A program made the translations under genes and the position numbers. A stretch of DNA of 64,000 nt from Parcubacteria group bacterium ADurb.Bin159 (GTDB lineage Bacteria; Patescibacteriota; Patescibacteriia; UBA2591; MWDC01), in contig MWDC01000001.1 in assembly GCA_002070355.1 (NCBI GenBank), positions 67,994-131,993 on the forward strand, given 5' to 3'. The notes under the pieces are model-generated. The model did not search any database and had not been told where the DNA came from. It worked only from the letters and a program-made list of their open reading frames with translations. Below, in pieces: positions 20,101 through 28,195 of the stretch (position 1 is its first letter; the number at the start of each line of letters is the position of its first letter).

Positions 20101-20145
20101 TTCTCGAATTTTCTCTGGATCAAATTTTGCTGATTGTTTATCCAT
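17131..20145 (-). CDS. Large (1004 aa) hypothetical protein; no ATPase, nuclease or other recognisable motif
   Basis: Long uninterrupted ORF packed 5-6 bp from its neighbours in the R-M/Mrr operon. Predicted mostly alpha-helical. No Walker A. Confidence 0.6.
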   Translation of the reverse strand: MDKQSAKFDPEKIRELIGLNLDARQYFFTKADENWLDWLWNNGLLDVIKQKVDDPTRYGYRTTPELNYLVRIAEKKAKEVVDIMLSVSIPKDNFNPEIVDQFLRICSSLPAEQLARIVPKIRDDGWVRLMSVFNQWGFDYKKIFQTLAAAKDYENILVLAEAVLTVRAKEETKPTSRDYPSDNPFYFTDLSYTKVFEYLVAVGDQYLEKALEITTRTMAAIVRLGEDAEKNEVFPIHDPFYLFDVDFFSLELGDEKHYSDQENVKDLVVTIKALSQRLIGNNCDKSELVREVYKKYIQTLPESRLMWRLRLFVLSLCPVAFQAELQASFFKLFEVMEDGKHYYEIESGTEYKKALKQSFNVLNFDYQREYVSNVFKHFGQSREDKKEEQWYRRDGWQILSSIYDSLTSEEKEDCEKIFGKKCDPTFEPEPSIGKIVSGFVKPRAAVSQEEFSKLSIADIAKKLRNDWKPEALSKENTSDDFLNPLNAKGVEEQLRVDIAKRLQDYIQNASLFFERDVLDEHYTYSFFRGIQEAIRADKTKAADIQWDKLIEVFIAIKDSGIAKAFNHKIREREKFDAWLLSWTGVHSVMTDVLQELLSENDGKILIDFSKYRSQLFEILSYLLVYPDPEPQDEELGTATIKTHSPGDKEENYVSDPFTMAINSVRGRAFQAFVLFVYQDGKQFSKDDKIKISVDIKELYERVLKKEDTRALMFMFGYYLPSFYFRDRDWIHGLLTQIFPEEATKKHLYLAAWEGYLANNLYEEIFFDQEFQKLYERGLSLTGNEDSKRKYFKELKEGIAVHLALAFVVYHEKFGFDHSLFKKFWKRDVERQSKFISFIGRMFISGDDDRVNEQLKKDPAIKKRLTEFWEWLLKNYDDPKLFVAFGFWMNLEKKIFEPAWLAGQIKATLEKTKGVLEWDYALTKSINELAKAAPKDTLEIARLSLLEGDVRGGKMRMPFMYDEEWFGAIKTLYENAETKGDTYKLIDDLIREGGSTFWRLEEIIN

Positions 20146-20150
20146 ATTAC

Positions 20151-20756
20151 TTATTTACCTCCATTTATATCTTCTATTAGCTGAGGATTTATTCTCAAAA
20201 CCTCATCAAGCATTTGATGCACATCAAGCTGCCTTGTCAATGCCTTATTCATAATTTTTTCAAACTCCACTAAAAGTTTTTCAAACTCAACCTTATTAAA
20301 AGAAGAAAAATCAAAATTTTTATCCCATTGAGGATCAACTCCATGATGCGTTATATCATTAAGTTTTTTCCACAGAGGTTCTACTTTACTGCTATAGAAA
20401 TTTTTATCAAAACTTTCATTAGAACTTTCATCAAAATTTTTATCAACCGTTACAGAGCCAAAATTTTTAAACGCATCCATTCTCTTACTTGAAACTTGTT
20501 TCACCTGAATACTTAAGAATGGATAAAGAATCTCTCGTAAGGAGTTTGCCGCTTGGGCAATACGATCGGGATTACTTTTACATTCTTCCCTAATAGCAAA
20601 AACGGCACCTCGAAACATATCTGAAGGCTTTATTTTTAGTCCTCCTCGCTCATGCCACTCATCTAGGCGTCTACATAAATTTTCTTGTCCATCGGTTAAA
20701 CGCACGGGTGGGAGAGCATTATTTCCTATAGATTGTAGTGATGCATCACCGCCCAT
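20151..20756 (-). CDS. Hypothetical 201-aa protein with a DKNF(D/Y)xSS triple repeat
   Basis: ORF-track protein with 3-5 bp spacing to the restriction endonuclease upstream and the 1004-aa ORF downstream. Confidence 0.5.
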   Translation of the reverse strand: MGGDASLQSIGNNALPPVRLTDGQENLCRRLDEWHERGGLKIKPSDMFRGAVFAIREECKSNPDRIAQAANSLREILYPFLSIQVKQVSSKRMDAFKNFGSVTVDKNFDESSNESFDKNFYSSKVEPLWKKLNDITHHGVDPQWDKNFDFSSFNKVEFEKLLVEFEKIMNKALTRQLDVHQMLDEVLRINPQLIEDINGGK

Positions 20757-20759
20757 AAA

Positions 20760-21665
20760 TTATATATCTCTCAAGATATTCCTTAAAAAACCTTTTTTGA
20801 TGAAATTAATATTTAAGACATAATCCATTTGTTCAATTGCCTTCCTGATTTGATTTTGTCCTTGTCGCCAGCCATTTCCATCGGTAATCCAAACAAATTG
20901 CCAGCCACTATTTTGGAGCTCTCTTTGCCGATTTATGTAGGCATCAACAATCTCTTGAGGTTTTGAACCCTGCCCGCTGTAAAAATTAACTTCCATTGAT
21001 AGAAGTTTTGTTCCTTTTTTGATCGCAAAATCGGGAGTTCTATACCGGAGTTTCTTCGGGATTTTTACACCGCGTTCTTCGAATTTACTGAACTTCCCCT
21101 TAGGGAATATCTCAATATTCTTAAATTCTTTGGTGATATTTTGAAGTTCTTCCTCTACCACTTTTTCCATAAAACTACCACTTCGATTCTTACGTGCATT
21201 GCTATCCAAACCTACTTCAACCCCTAAGAGATAATCGTTAAGAACTCGAATGATTTTGAATAACTCTTGGATACCACTTTTTTTTACAAATTGAATAAAT
21301 TTCTTGATGTCACTTGGGGTTAAATCTTTTGAACAATCAAAACAACATACTTGATTTTTGCTTATATCCTCTAGTACATCAAATTTCTCATCACGCATTG
21401 CAACAAGAAGTGGTAAAACCCTTGCTGTCTTAGGGTATTCTGTTAAAATTTTCTCTAAATCTTTATCAAAATTTTTGGATTGAGTAAGTGTTCCCAAAAT
21501 TCCAATTTCAACTTTGTATTTCTCTACATTTGATTTAACCTTTTTCCAATTTACAAAAAAATCGTAAGTGCGATTAGTAGATAATAGTGAGCCAATAAAT
21601 GCTTCGTTAATCTGCTCAATATTAGTAAAACCAAAAAATGATTTATATGTTTGTATTTTTGCCAT
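20760..21665 (-). CDS. Type II restriction endonuclease, DpnII/MboI family (predicted GATC specificity)
   Basis: GVEVGLDSNARKNRSG and EVNFYSGQGSKP...WITDGNGW...LNINF align with R.DpnII motifs recalled from memory. Confidence 0.7.
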   Translation of the reverse strand: MAKIQTYKSFFGFTNIEQINEAFIGSLLSTNRTYDFFVNWKKVKSNVEKYKVEIGILGTLTQSKNFDKDLEKILTEYPKTARVLPLLVAMRDEKFDVLEDISKNQVCCFDCSKDLTPSDIKKFIQFVKKSGIQELFKIIRVLNDYLLGVEVGLDSNARKNRSGSFMEKVVEEELQNITKEFKNIEIFPKGKFSKFEERGVKIPKKLRYRTPDFAIKKGTKLLSMEVNFYSGQGSKPQEIVDAYINRQRELQNSGWQFVWITDGNGWRQGQNQIRKAIEQMDYVLNINFIKKGFLRNILRDI

Positions 21666-21670
21666 ATTGC

Positions 21671-22513
21671 TTAAATTAATTTAATAAACATTTGCTTGCG
21701 CTTAATTAAGTCTTTGAGTCGCTTTTTTGAAAGTTCAAGATATTTTTTCTCATTATCAATCCCTATAAATTTTCTATCGTATAGAATAGCAACTAAACCA
21801 GTAGTAGAGCTCCCTGCGAAAGGATCGAGTATTATGTCGCCAGGATTTGTGCTTGACAGAATAATTCTTTTCAAAAGCTCCATTGGCTTTTGTGTGGGGT
21901 GTTTACCAAATATTTTTTCTTCTGGCTTGGGAGTCCCTATTGCCCACACCGAACGCATTTGTTTATTTTGCCGATGGATAAGGTCGTTTCTAAACGCACG
22001 CATCTGCTCGTAATTGAACACGTGCTTTGCTTTCTTTTCTTTACGTGCCCACAATAATGTTTCGTGGCTGGCAGTAAAATAACGGCAACTTAAATTGGGA
22101 GAAGCATTGGGTTTATACCAGGAGATATCATTTAAGATATGATAACCGCTTAATTGAAGTGCGTAACCACATTGATAAATTGAGTGATAAGTCCCACTAA
22201 TCCAAATTGTACCGTAAGGTTTAAGAACTCGACGGCAAGCTTGAACCCAAGTAATATGAAAATCTAAATCCTTTTGAAAACCTTTGCTTTTGTCCCAATC
22301 TCCCTTATTAACACTTACACGTCTGCCAGCGTGAACGCTAAAACCACCATTAGAAAGATTATACGGTGGATCAGCAAAAATCATATCAATCGAATTGTCT
22401 GGAAGCTGTTTCAAAATCGACAGATAATCTGAACAGTATAAAACAAAATTACCTTCAGAAAAATAAGGTTTTTTCTTGATAGAAGATAGAACTTTTTGAG
22501 AATTAGTTTCCAT
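21671..22513 (-). CDS. Beta-class N6-adenine DNA methyltransferase, M.DpnA (DpnIIB)-like
   Basis: Motif IV IFADPPYNLSNGG precedes motif I DPFAGSSTTG. Strong similarity to M.DpnA through ...NLSCRYFT...KHPTQKP.... Confidence 0.8.
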   Translation of the reverse strand: METNSQKVLSSIKKKPYFSEGNFVLYCSDYLSILKQLPDNSIDMIFADPPYNLSNGGFSVHAGRRVSVNKGDWDKSKGFQKDLDFHITWVQACRRVLKPYGTIWISGTYHSIYQCGYALQLSGYHILNDISWYKPNASPNLSCRYFTASHETLLWARKEKKAKHVFNYEQMRAFRNDLIHRQNKQMRSVWAIGTPKPEEKIFGKHPTQKPMELLKRIILSSTNPGDIILDPFAGSSTTGLVAILYDRKFIGIDNEKKYLELSKKRLKDLIKRKQMFIKLI

Positions 22514-22698
22514 AAATATGTCTTTTTTTCAACTTGGATTTATTAGTTTATTTTTTCCTGTCTACTGTTTATTATAACAAATAATTCCTAAAAATATAAT
22601 TAAAGAGGCCTTAATTTTTGAAAAATTATTGAATTGTCTTACTGATTAATTTCATTTATATTGCTTTTAACTTTTCCGTGGTGGTCGTATAACTTTAT

Positions 22699-22725
22699 AT
22701 TATAGAACTTCATAAAGTTCGTCAA
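22699..22725 (-). promoter_or_regulatory. Candidate promoter of the defence operon (minus strand TTGACG-N15-TATAAT)
   Basis: Same promoter-like sequence as 10381-10407; lies in the extended copy of repeat A upstream of the MTase gene. Confidence 0.35.
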
Positions 22726-22751
22726 TATCTAATAATGCATAAAAAATAAAA

Positions 22752-22843
22752 AAATAGGGCTCACAACCCTAAATTAAAAAATTCGTCTTAACAGCCAATG
22801 TTAATGCGGTATTCTCGTAATCTCTTTTTGAGGACTGTCCCCA
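22752..22843 (+). repeat. Repeat family A, copy 5 (right flank of the defence island); the extension at 22660-22751 is shared with copy 2.
   Basis: aaatagggctcacaaccctaaatt...ccaatgttaatgcggtattctcgtaatctctttttgaggactgtcccc. Confidence 0.7.
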
Positions 22844-22919
22844 AATGCCAAATCTAAGCCCAATCATTTCAGCTTTGATTGGGCTTTATTTTTTGGCTCT
22901 AAAATGATAAAATTAATTT

Positions 22920-23684
22920 ATGAATATGCCGAAAGTAAAATTTACTGACATTCCATTATCCAAAGAAACTGATTGGATGTATGGTTTTTTGTTCAAAAAT
23001 GAATGGGATTGGGGAAGATATATTTTAAAAAAACATCCTAAAATTAAAAAAGTTTTTTCTTATAAGACGGAAGCAGAACGAGTTAATTTTTTAAGAAATT
23101 ATATAATTCAATTTAAAAAAGATAATCAAGAACTAATAGAAAAAAGTAAAACGGAATACCAAGAAGTATGGAAGGAAATGGAAAAAGATTTTTTTATTAT
23201 TCTGTCAGAAATTTTAAAAATTGACTGGCCTCAAAATAGAAAAGTGATAAAAGCAATGCTCTCGATTAATCCAATTTGCCCTCGTTTTTTAAACGATTGG
23301 AGTTTTTCTATTTTCTATAATTATAAAAAGATAAGTTATGCAATGGAAGTAATTATGCATGAATGCTGTCATTTTTTATATTTTGAAAAATGGAAAAAAG
23401 TTTTTCCAAAAACAAACCCAAAAAAGTTTGAGGCACCATGCTTGGAATGGCATTTAAGTGAAATTTTAGCACCAATTATTTTAAATGACCTTAGGATTAA
23501 AAAATTATTGGGACGAAAAGCAGATTTTTACGAAGAACATAAAAAAATAAAAATTGGGAATAAAACCGTTCCTGAATATTTTAACGATTTATACAAAAAA
23601 AATAATATAGATAAAAATTTTGACGAATTCCTAAAAGAATCTTATAAGGCAATCAAAAAGAATAAGGTGCTATTTGAAATATAA
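22920..23684 (+). CDS. Hypothetical protein with an HExxH-like motif (MHECCH)
   Basis: 254-aa ORF; possible metallopeptidase-like zinc site. Otherwise uncharacterised. Confidence 0.4.
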   Translation: MNMPKVKFTDIPLSKETDWMYGFLFKNEWDWGRYILKKHPKIKKVFSYKTEAERVNFLRNYIIQFKKDNQELIEKSKTEYQEVWKEMEKDFFIILSEILKIDWPQNRKVIKAMLSINPICPRFLNDWSFSIFYNYKKISYAMEVIMHECCHFLYFEKWKKVFPKTNPKKFEAPCLEWHLSEILAPIILNDLRIKKLLGRKADFYEEHKKIKIGNKTVPEYFNDLYKKNNIDKNFDEFLKESYKAIKKNKVLFEI

Positions 23685-23750
23685 CAGAAGTATAGAAAAA
23701 GATAAAAATTTAATAAATATTTCAATCCGAAATTTGGCAAAATAAATCGT

Positions 23751-23785
23751 TGTTTACACTTTTTATAGGTGATAAAGTGTAAACA
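23751..23785. promoter_or_regulatory. Perfect 12-bp inverted repeat (tgtttacacttt-N11-aaagtgtaaaca), operator-like
   Basis: Seen directly in the sequence, in a 550-bp non-coding stretch. Confidence 0.35.
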
Positions 23786-24008
23786 TTTATACGAAAACAA
23801 ATTTCTGCCAAACAATTGCTTGTGTCTAGAAAAGCAATAAAAGGGAAGTAAAATTTTTAACAATAAAAACAAAGGAGTAAACAAAATGGGCAAAAAATCT
23901 TATTGAAAAGCTTATAATGAACTTACAACAGAAAGCCGAGGAAGTGCAAAGGTCGTTTTGAATTAGCGAAAGAGGATTACTAATAAAGGGCGAAAATCTA
24001 ATGTTTAA

Positions 24009-24052
24009 AATGAAAACACCGTTTGATACGGTGTTTTAAACTTCAAAGTGTT
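24009..24052. repeat. Hairpin repeat C, copy 1
   Basis: aatgaaaacaccgtttgatacggtgttttaaacttcaaagtgtt (10-bp stem). The second copy is at 24959-25002. Confidence 0.6.
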
Positions 24053-24229
24053 CTAATTTACTCCCCATACCGGATGCATTTAAAATGGTTAACTGGGAAA
24101 AAACAAGAAAAAAATTAGGACTTTTTGAGACAGAATCTTGGACATGGGAACCAACCAAAGCTTCAAAAGAACTTATTATGTCTGGTTGTGAAGTATCTAT
24201 AAATAACCTACTACCGCTTTTGAAATATA

Positions 24230-24733
24230 TTAATTGATTAGGAATTTTAAGAATTTCGGTTTAATCTCTTCTTTCGGTTTAGTCTCTCCTGGCTTTATTC
24301 TTTGGGCTTCTGCTATCCTATTATTTGAAATGCCTTCGCCTTCTTGAACTTTTCCAGAAAATCGTCCTTCGTAATCTCTGATGATTCTTTGGAAGGCGCT
24401 TTTTCCTTCAATTCTGGTTTCTCCGCCGACGAATTCTCCTTTTCCTTTTGTTGATTTAATGATTGTTGTTTCATACTTTTGTTTTAATTTATTTATATTT
24501 TCAGCGAGATTCGACCCTGAGTCAAAAATGACTGCCTTATTCTCGCTAACAATTGTTCTATATTGTAAACCAACATCATCAAGTGCTTTTCTTAAATTTT
24601 CCATTGTCTTTATTTCAGAAATTTCTATTGCATAAAGAGTATCAATCCCGGCTCCATCTACTATAAATGGAATAACAGATTTTTGATATGAAACTAACCC
24701 CTCCTTGCTGCAGAATATTTTAATGTCTCCCAA
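24230..24733 (-). CDS. Hypothetical protein
   Basis: 167-aa ORF between the two copies of hairpin repeat C. No recognisable motif. Confidence 0.35.
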   Translation of the reverse strand: MGDIKIFCSKEGLVSYQKSVIPFIVDGAGIDTLYAIEISEIKTMENLRKALDDVGLQYRTIVSENKAVIFDSGSNLAENINKLKQKYETTIIKSTKGKGEFVGGETRIEGKSAFQRIIRDYEGRFSGKVQEGEGISNNRIAEAQRIKPGETKPKEEIKPKFLKFLIN

Positions 24734-24958
24734 TCTATCTTCTTATCATAGATTGTCATTAAAGAATTTTCTGCTCCGAATTGTGAACAACGTTATAAGG
24801 ATAATTCAACAGCAAGCTGAGTATATTTATATACTAGATTTAAATTCACAGGCTCAATAATATGTTATCACCTTTTACCCCACCCTGCTACTCATTATAT
24901 TATTATAACACAAAACTCCCAGAAATGGAAGTTTTGTGCCAAAGTGGCAATCTACAGA

Positions 24959-25002
24959 AATGAAAACACCGTTTGATACGGTGTTTTAAACTTCAAAGTG
25001 TT
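24959..25002. repeat. Hairpin repeat C, copy 2
   Basis: A 44-bp repeat matching 24009-24052 except for the final base; sits immediately next to the tRNA-Asn 3' end. Confidence 0.6.
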
Positions 25003-25008
25003 TAAAGT

Positions 25009-25084
25009 TGGCTCCGGGGGTGGGACTCGAACCCACGACAGGCTGCTTAACAGGCAGCTGCTCTAACCACTGAGCTACCCCGGA
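25009..25084 (-). tRNA. tRNA-Asn (GTT), CCA encoded
   Basis: Manual cloverleaf: acceptor UCCGGGG/CCCCGGA, D-arm GCUC-AGUGGUUA-GAGC, anticodon loop CU-GUU-AA, T-arm GUGGG-UUCGAGU-CCCAC, discriminator G plus CCA. Confidence 0.85.
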
Positions 25085-25139
25085 ATAATAAAAATTCAAA
25101 ATTGGGATAATTCCGCTTTGCGGAATTTTTTATTTATTT

Positions 25140-26375
25140 TTAAAGATTATCAAAATCTTGCTCCTTTTCACCTTCTTCCCCTATTTCTTTAAGTTCTCCA
25201 TCTTTTTGAACGGTTTTTTGAAAATAATCTTCAATTTTCTTTAATTTTTCCAATGTACGAATGCGTTCTAACGCCTTAGCCTCAATTTGGCGAATCCTTT
25301 CTCGAGTTACATGGAAAACTGCTCCCACTTCTTCTAAAGTATGGGAAACGCTGTCAGTCAAACCAAAACGCATATCTAAAATTTTTCTTTCCCTTTCCGG
25401 CAAGTCAACTACTATTTCTTTAACATAATCTCTTAATAATCTTAAAGCGGCAACGCGGTCCGGGCTTATTTGTTTAACATCTTCCACTAAATCCCCTAAT
25501 TCTGTTTCTTTGTCATCATCTTTACCTACATTCATTTCCAAAGACATTGTGCTTTGCGATGCCTTAAGCAAACGCTCTGTTTCGTCTATAGGAAGACCAA
25601 CTTCAGAAGCTATCTCTTCAGAAAAGGGCTGTCTGCCAAGTTGCTGAGTCAGCCAACGTTCAATCTGATAAATCTTTCCCAAAATTTCCACAATATGAAC
25701 AGGGATTCTAATGGTTCTTGATTGGTCGGCTAAAGAACGAGTAATCGCTTGTTTAATCCACCAAGTGGCATAAGTGGAAAATTTATAACCTTTTTTCCAA
25801 TCATATTTTTCTACCGCTCGAAACAAGCCAACATTCCCCTCCTGAATTAAATCTAAAAAACTTAAGCCGTAACCGGTAAATTTTTTAGCAATACTTACTA
25901 CTAAACGGAGATTCGCTTCAACTAATTTTTGAGTCGCTTCTTTGTCCCCTTTGTCTTTTCTTTTGGCTAATTCAACTTCTTCTTGCGGCGTTAAAAGAGG
26001 GACGCGGCCAATTTCTTTCAAATACATTTGAATAGAATCTGCTGATAATTGAGTTAAGTCAAAAAAAATCTCTTCTCCTTTAATTTTTTCTTTTTTTGAA
26101 GAAACAAGCATTTCGTCCTCCGTTTCTTCTGTGGAAATTCCCATTGAATCCACTTTGTCTAAAAATTCTTCAAATTTATCTAAATATTTTTCTATTTTAG
26201 GAAAAGCATAAAAAAATTCTTCGGTAGTTAAAAAACCTCTTTGTCTCCCTTTGGTTAATAGCTTTTCCGCTTCTTCTTCTGGCCATTTTGCCGAAGAACC
26301 TCTTTTTTTTACTTGTTTAATATTTTTTTTCTTAAAAGATTTTTTTGTTTTTTTCTTTTTTAAAACTTTAGTCAT
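25140..26375 (-). CDS. rpoD: RNA polymerase sigma-70 factor
   Basis: [26 protein letters not shown] (region 2.4/3) and region 4 ([24 protein letters not shown]). Confidence 0.85.
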   Translation of the reverse strand: MTKVLKKKKTKKSFKKKNIKQVKKRGSSAKWPEEEAEKLLTKGRQRGFLTTEEFFYAFPKIEKYLDKFEEFLDKVDSMGISTEETEDEMLVSSKKEKIKGEEIFFDLTQLSADSIQMYLKEIGRVPLLTPQEEVELAKRKDKGDKEATQKLVEANLRLVVSIAKKFTGYGLSFLDLIQEGNVGLFRAVEKYDWKKGYKFSTYATWWIKQAITRSLADQSRTIRIPVHIVEILGKIYQIERWLTQQLGRQPFSEEIASEVGLPIDETERLLKASQSTMSLEMNVGKDDDKETELGDLVEDVKQISPDRVAALRLLRDYVKEIVVDLPERERKILDMRFGLTDSVSHTLEEVGAVFHVTRERIRQIEAKALERIRTLEKLKKIEDYFQKTVQKDGELKEIGEEGEKEQDFDNL

Positions 26376-28158
26376 TTTTTATTTTTTTAGAATTTTTAAT
26401 TAACTCGAAAATTTGACGGCTTAAAATTTCTATTTTTTCTTTATCATTATTTTTTTCCGCATCTTTAAGTTGTAATTCTTTCTCTTCTATATTTGTCTCA
26501 AAATAGCGTTTTTTTAAATAATTGACCAAGCGTCCGTATTCTTTTTCTAAATCCGAAAATTCAAAATTTTCATATTCTTTTTCCACTGACAAAAGAGCAA
26601 TTTGAATAAGATTTATTAATCTTTCTTCTTGGATTTGCTTTGAAATTGTTTTAAAATTAAATTTTTTCTCTTTTTCCCAAACATCTTTTAGAACTCTGGC
26701 TATTTTTCTTAAATCAGTAGTTGGCAAAATGTCTAAAGATAAAGAAACAATTTTAGGAGCGATTTTGGGCTCTTTTATTAGCAGAGCTAAAATCTTTTTA
26801 GCCACCTCTTCTTCAAGAGATGATTCTTCTTTAATTTCTTCTTCCTCGTCTTCCTTTTTTCTTTCTTTTTGACTCTTCATAATCTCGGTTAATCTTTCTC
26901 GCAAAGAATCAACAGAAACTCCCAAATTGTCAGCTAATTTATTAAGCCATAAGTCCCTTTCAAAAGAGTTTTTTATTTTAGAAATAAGAACAAGTATTTT
27001 TTCTCCTGCTTTCTTTTTTGAAGAGAGCGTAGCTATTTTTTTCCCTTTTAAAATTAAAGAAAAATAATATTCTATAAATTCTATAGATTCGGATACTGCT
27101 TTTTTCCAAAGAGAAGGATTCTCTTTTATACATTCATCCGGATCCTTTCCCTTAGGAAGGCGAATAATTTTAAGGTTTATACCGTAGGCTAACATTAAAT
27201 CAATACTGCGAGCAGTAGCCGAAACCCCGGCCGGGTCAACATCAAAAGCCAAAATAACATTATGCGTATAACGCGATAAAAGTTTAATTTGCTCTTCAGT
27301 CAATGCCGTGCCAGAAGAACAAACGACATTTTTAACTCCTGCTTGATAAGAAGAGATAACGTCCATATTGCCCTCAACCAAAACAACACTATCGGCTTGG
27401 CGAATAAACGATTTGGCTAAATTAATCCCGTAAAGAACAGTACTTTTATTATAAATTAAAGTTTGAGGAGTGTTAATATATTTTCCTTGTTCCGCAGATT
27501 TCTTTTCGGCTCCGGGTAAAATACGACCAGTAAAACCAATAACCTCCCCATAAACATTGTAAATAGGAAAAATAATTCGTCCTCTAAAACGGTCATAATA
27601 TTGACCTTGTTTTTTCCCGGGAATAATCAACCCTGCCGCCTCTATGTCAGAAGGGCTATATTTTCTTTTTATTAAAAATTTAAAAAGAGTATCCCATTTG
27701 TCTGGCGCAAATCCCAAACAAAATTCTTTAATGGTTGATTCTTTAAGACCTCTTTTCTCCAAATAAGAACGAGCTTCTTCGGCTATTGGCGATTTTAAAA
27801 AAATCTGATGATAAAAAGCAGCGCTTAAACGACAAATTTCTATTAGTGTAGAACGTTTATCAAAGGTTGACTTGTCAAATTTCTGAAGATTCACTCCGGC
27901 TCGTTTTGCCAAAATTCTTAAAGCTTCAGGGAAATCTATTCCTTCTAATTCTTGTAAAAAGGAAAAAATGTCTCCAGCTCGATTACAGCCAAAACATTTC
28001 CAAACTTGACGGTCGGGAGATACATAAAAAGAAGGATGTGTGTCTTTATGAAAAGGACAAAGGCCTTGATAATTTTTTCCTACTGGCCTTAATTTGATAT
28101 ATTCACCAATAAAATCAACAATATCTATTTTGGATTTAATTTCGGCAATCGAGTCCAT
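26368..28158 (-). CDS. dnaG: DNA primase
   Basis: Zinc-binding [15 protein letters not shown]...CFGC, a TOPRIM domain, and adjacency to rpoD. Confidence 0.85.
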   Translation of the reverse strand: MDSIAEIKSKIDIVDFIGEYIKLRPVGKNYQGLCPFHKDTHPSFYVSPDRQVWKCFGCNRAGDIFSFLQELEGIDFPEALRILAKRAGVNLQKFDKSTFDKRSTLIEICRLSAAFYHQIFLKSPIAEEARSYLEKRGLKESTIKEFCLGFAPDKWDTLFKFLIKRKYSPSDIEAAGLIIPGKKQGQYYDRFRGRIIFPIYNVYGEVIGFTGRILPGAEKKSAEQGKYINTPQTLIYNKSTVLYGINLAKSFIRQADSVVLVEGNMDVISSYQAGVKNVVCSSGTALTEEQIKLLSRYTHNVILAFDVDPAGVSATARSIDLMLAYGINLKIIRLPKGKDPDECIKENPSLWKKAVSESIEFIEYYFSLILKGKKIATLSSKKKAGEKILVLISKIKNSFERDLWLNKLADNLGVSVDSLRERLTEIMKSQKERKKEDEEEEIKEESSLEEEVAKKILALLIKEPKIAPKIVSLSLDILPTTDLRKIARVLKDVWEKEKKFNFKTISKQIQEERLINLIQIALLSVEKEYENFEFSDLEKEYGRLVNYLKKRYFETNIEEKELQLKDAEKNNDKEKIEILSRQIFELIKNSKKIKND

Positions 28159-28195
28159 AATAAAAAATCAAATAACAATTCTCTAACAAAATTTT

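Noticed and set aside
23886-23906. Tiny ORF MGKKSY with a good SD in the non-coding stretch
   Set aside because: Six codons; cannot be supported as a gene from sequence alone, though it could be a leader peptide.
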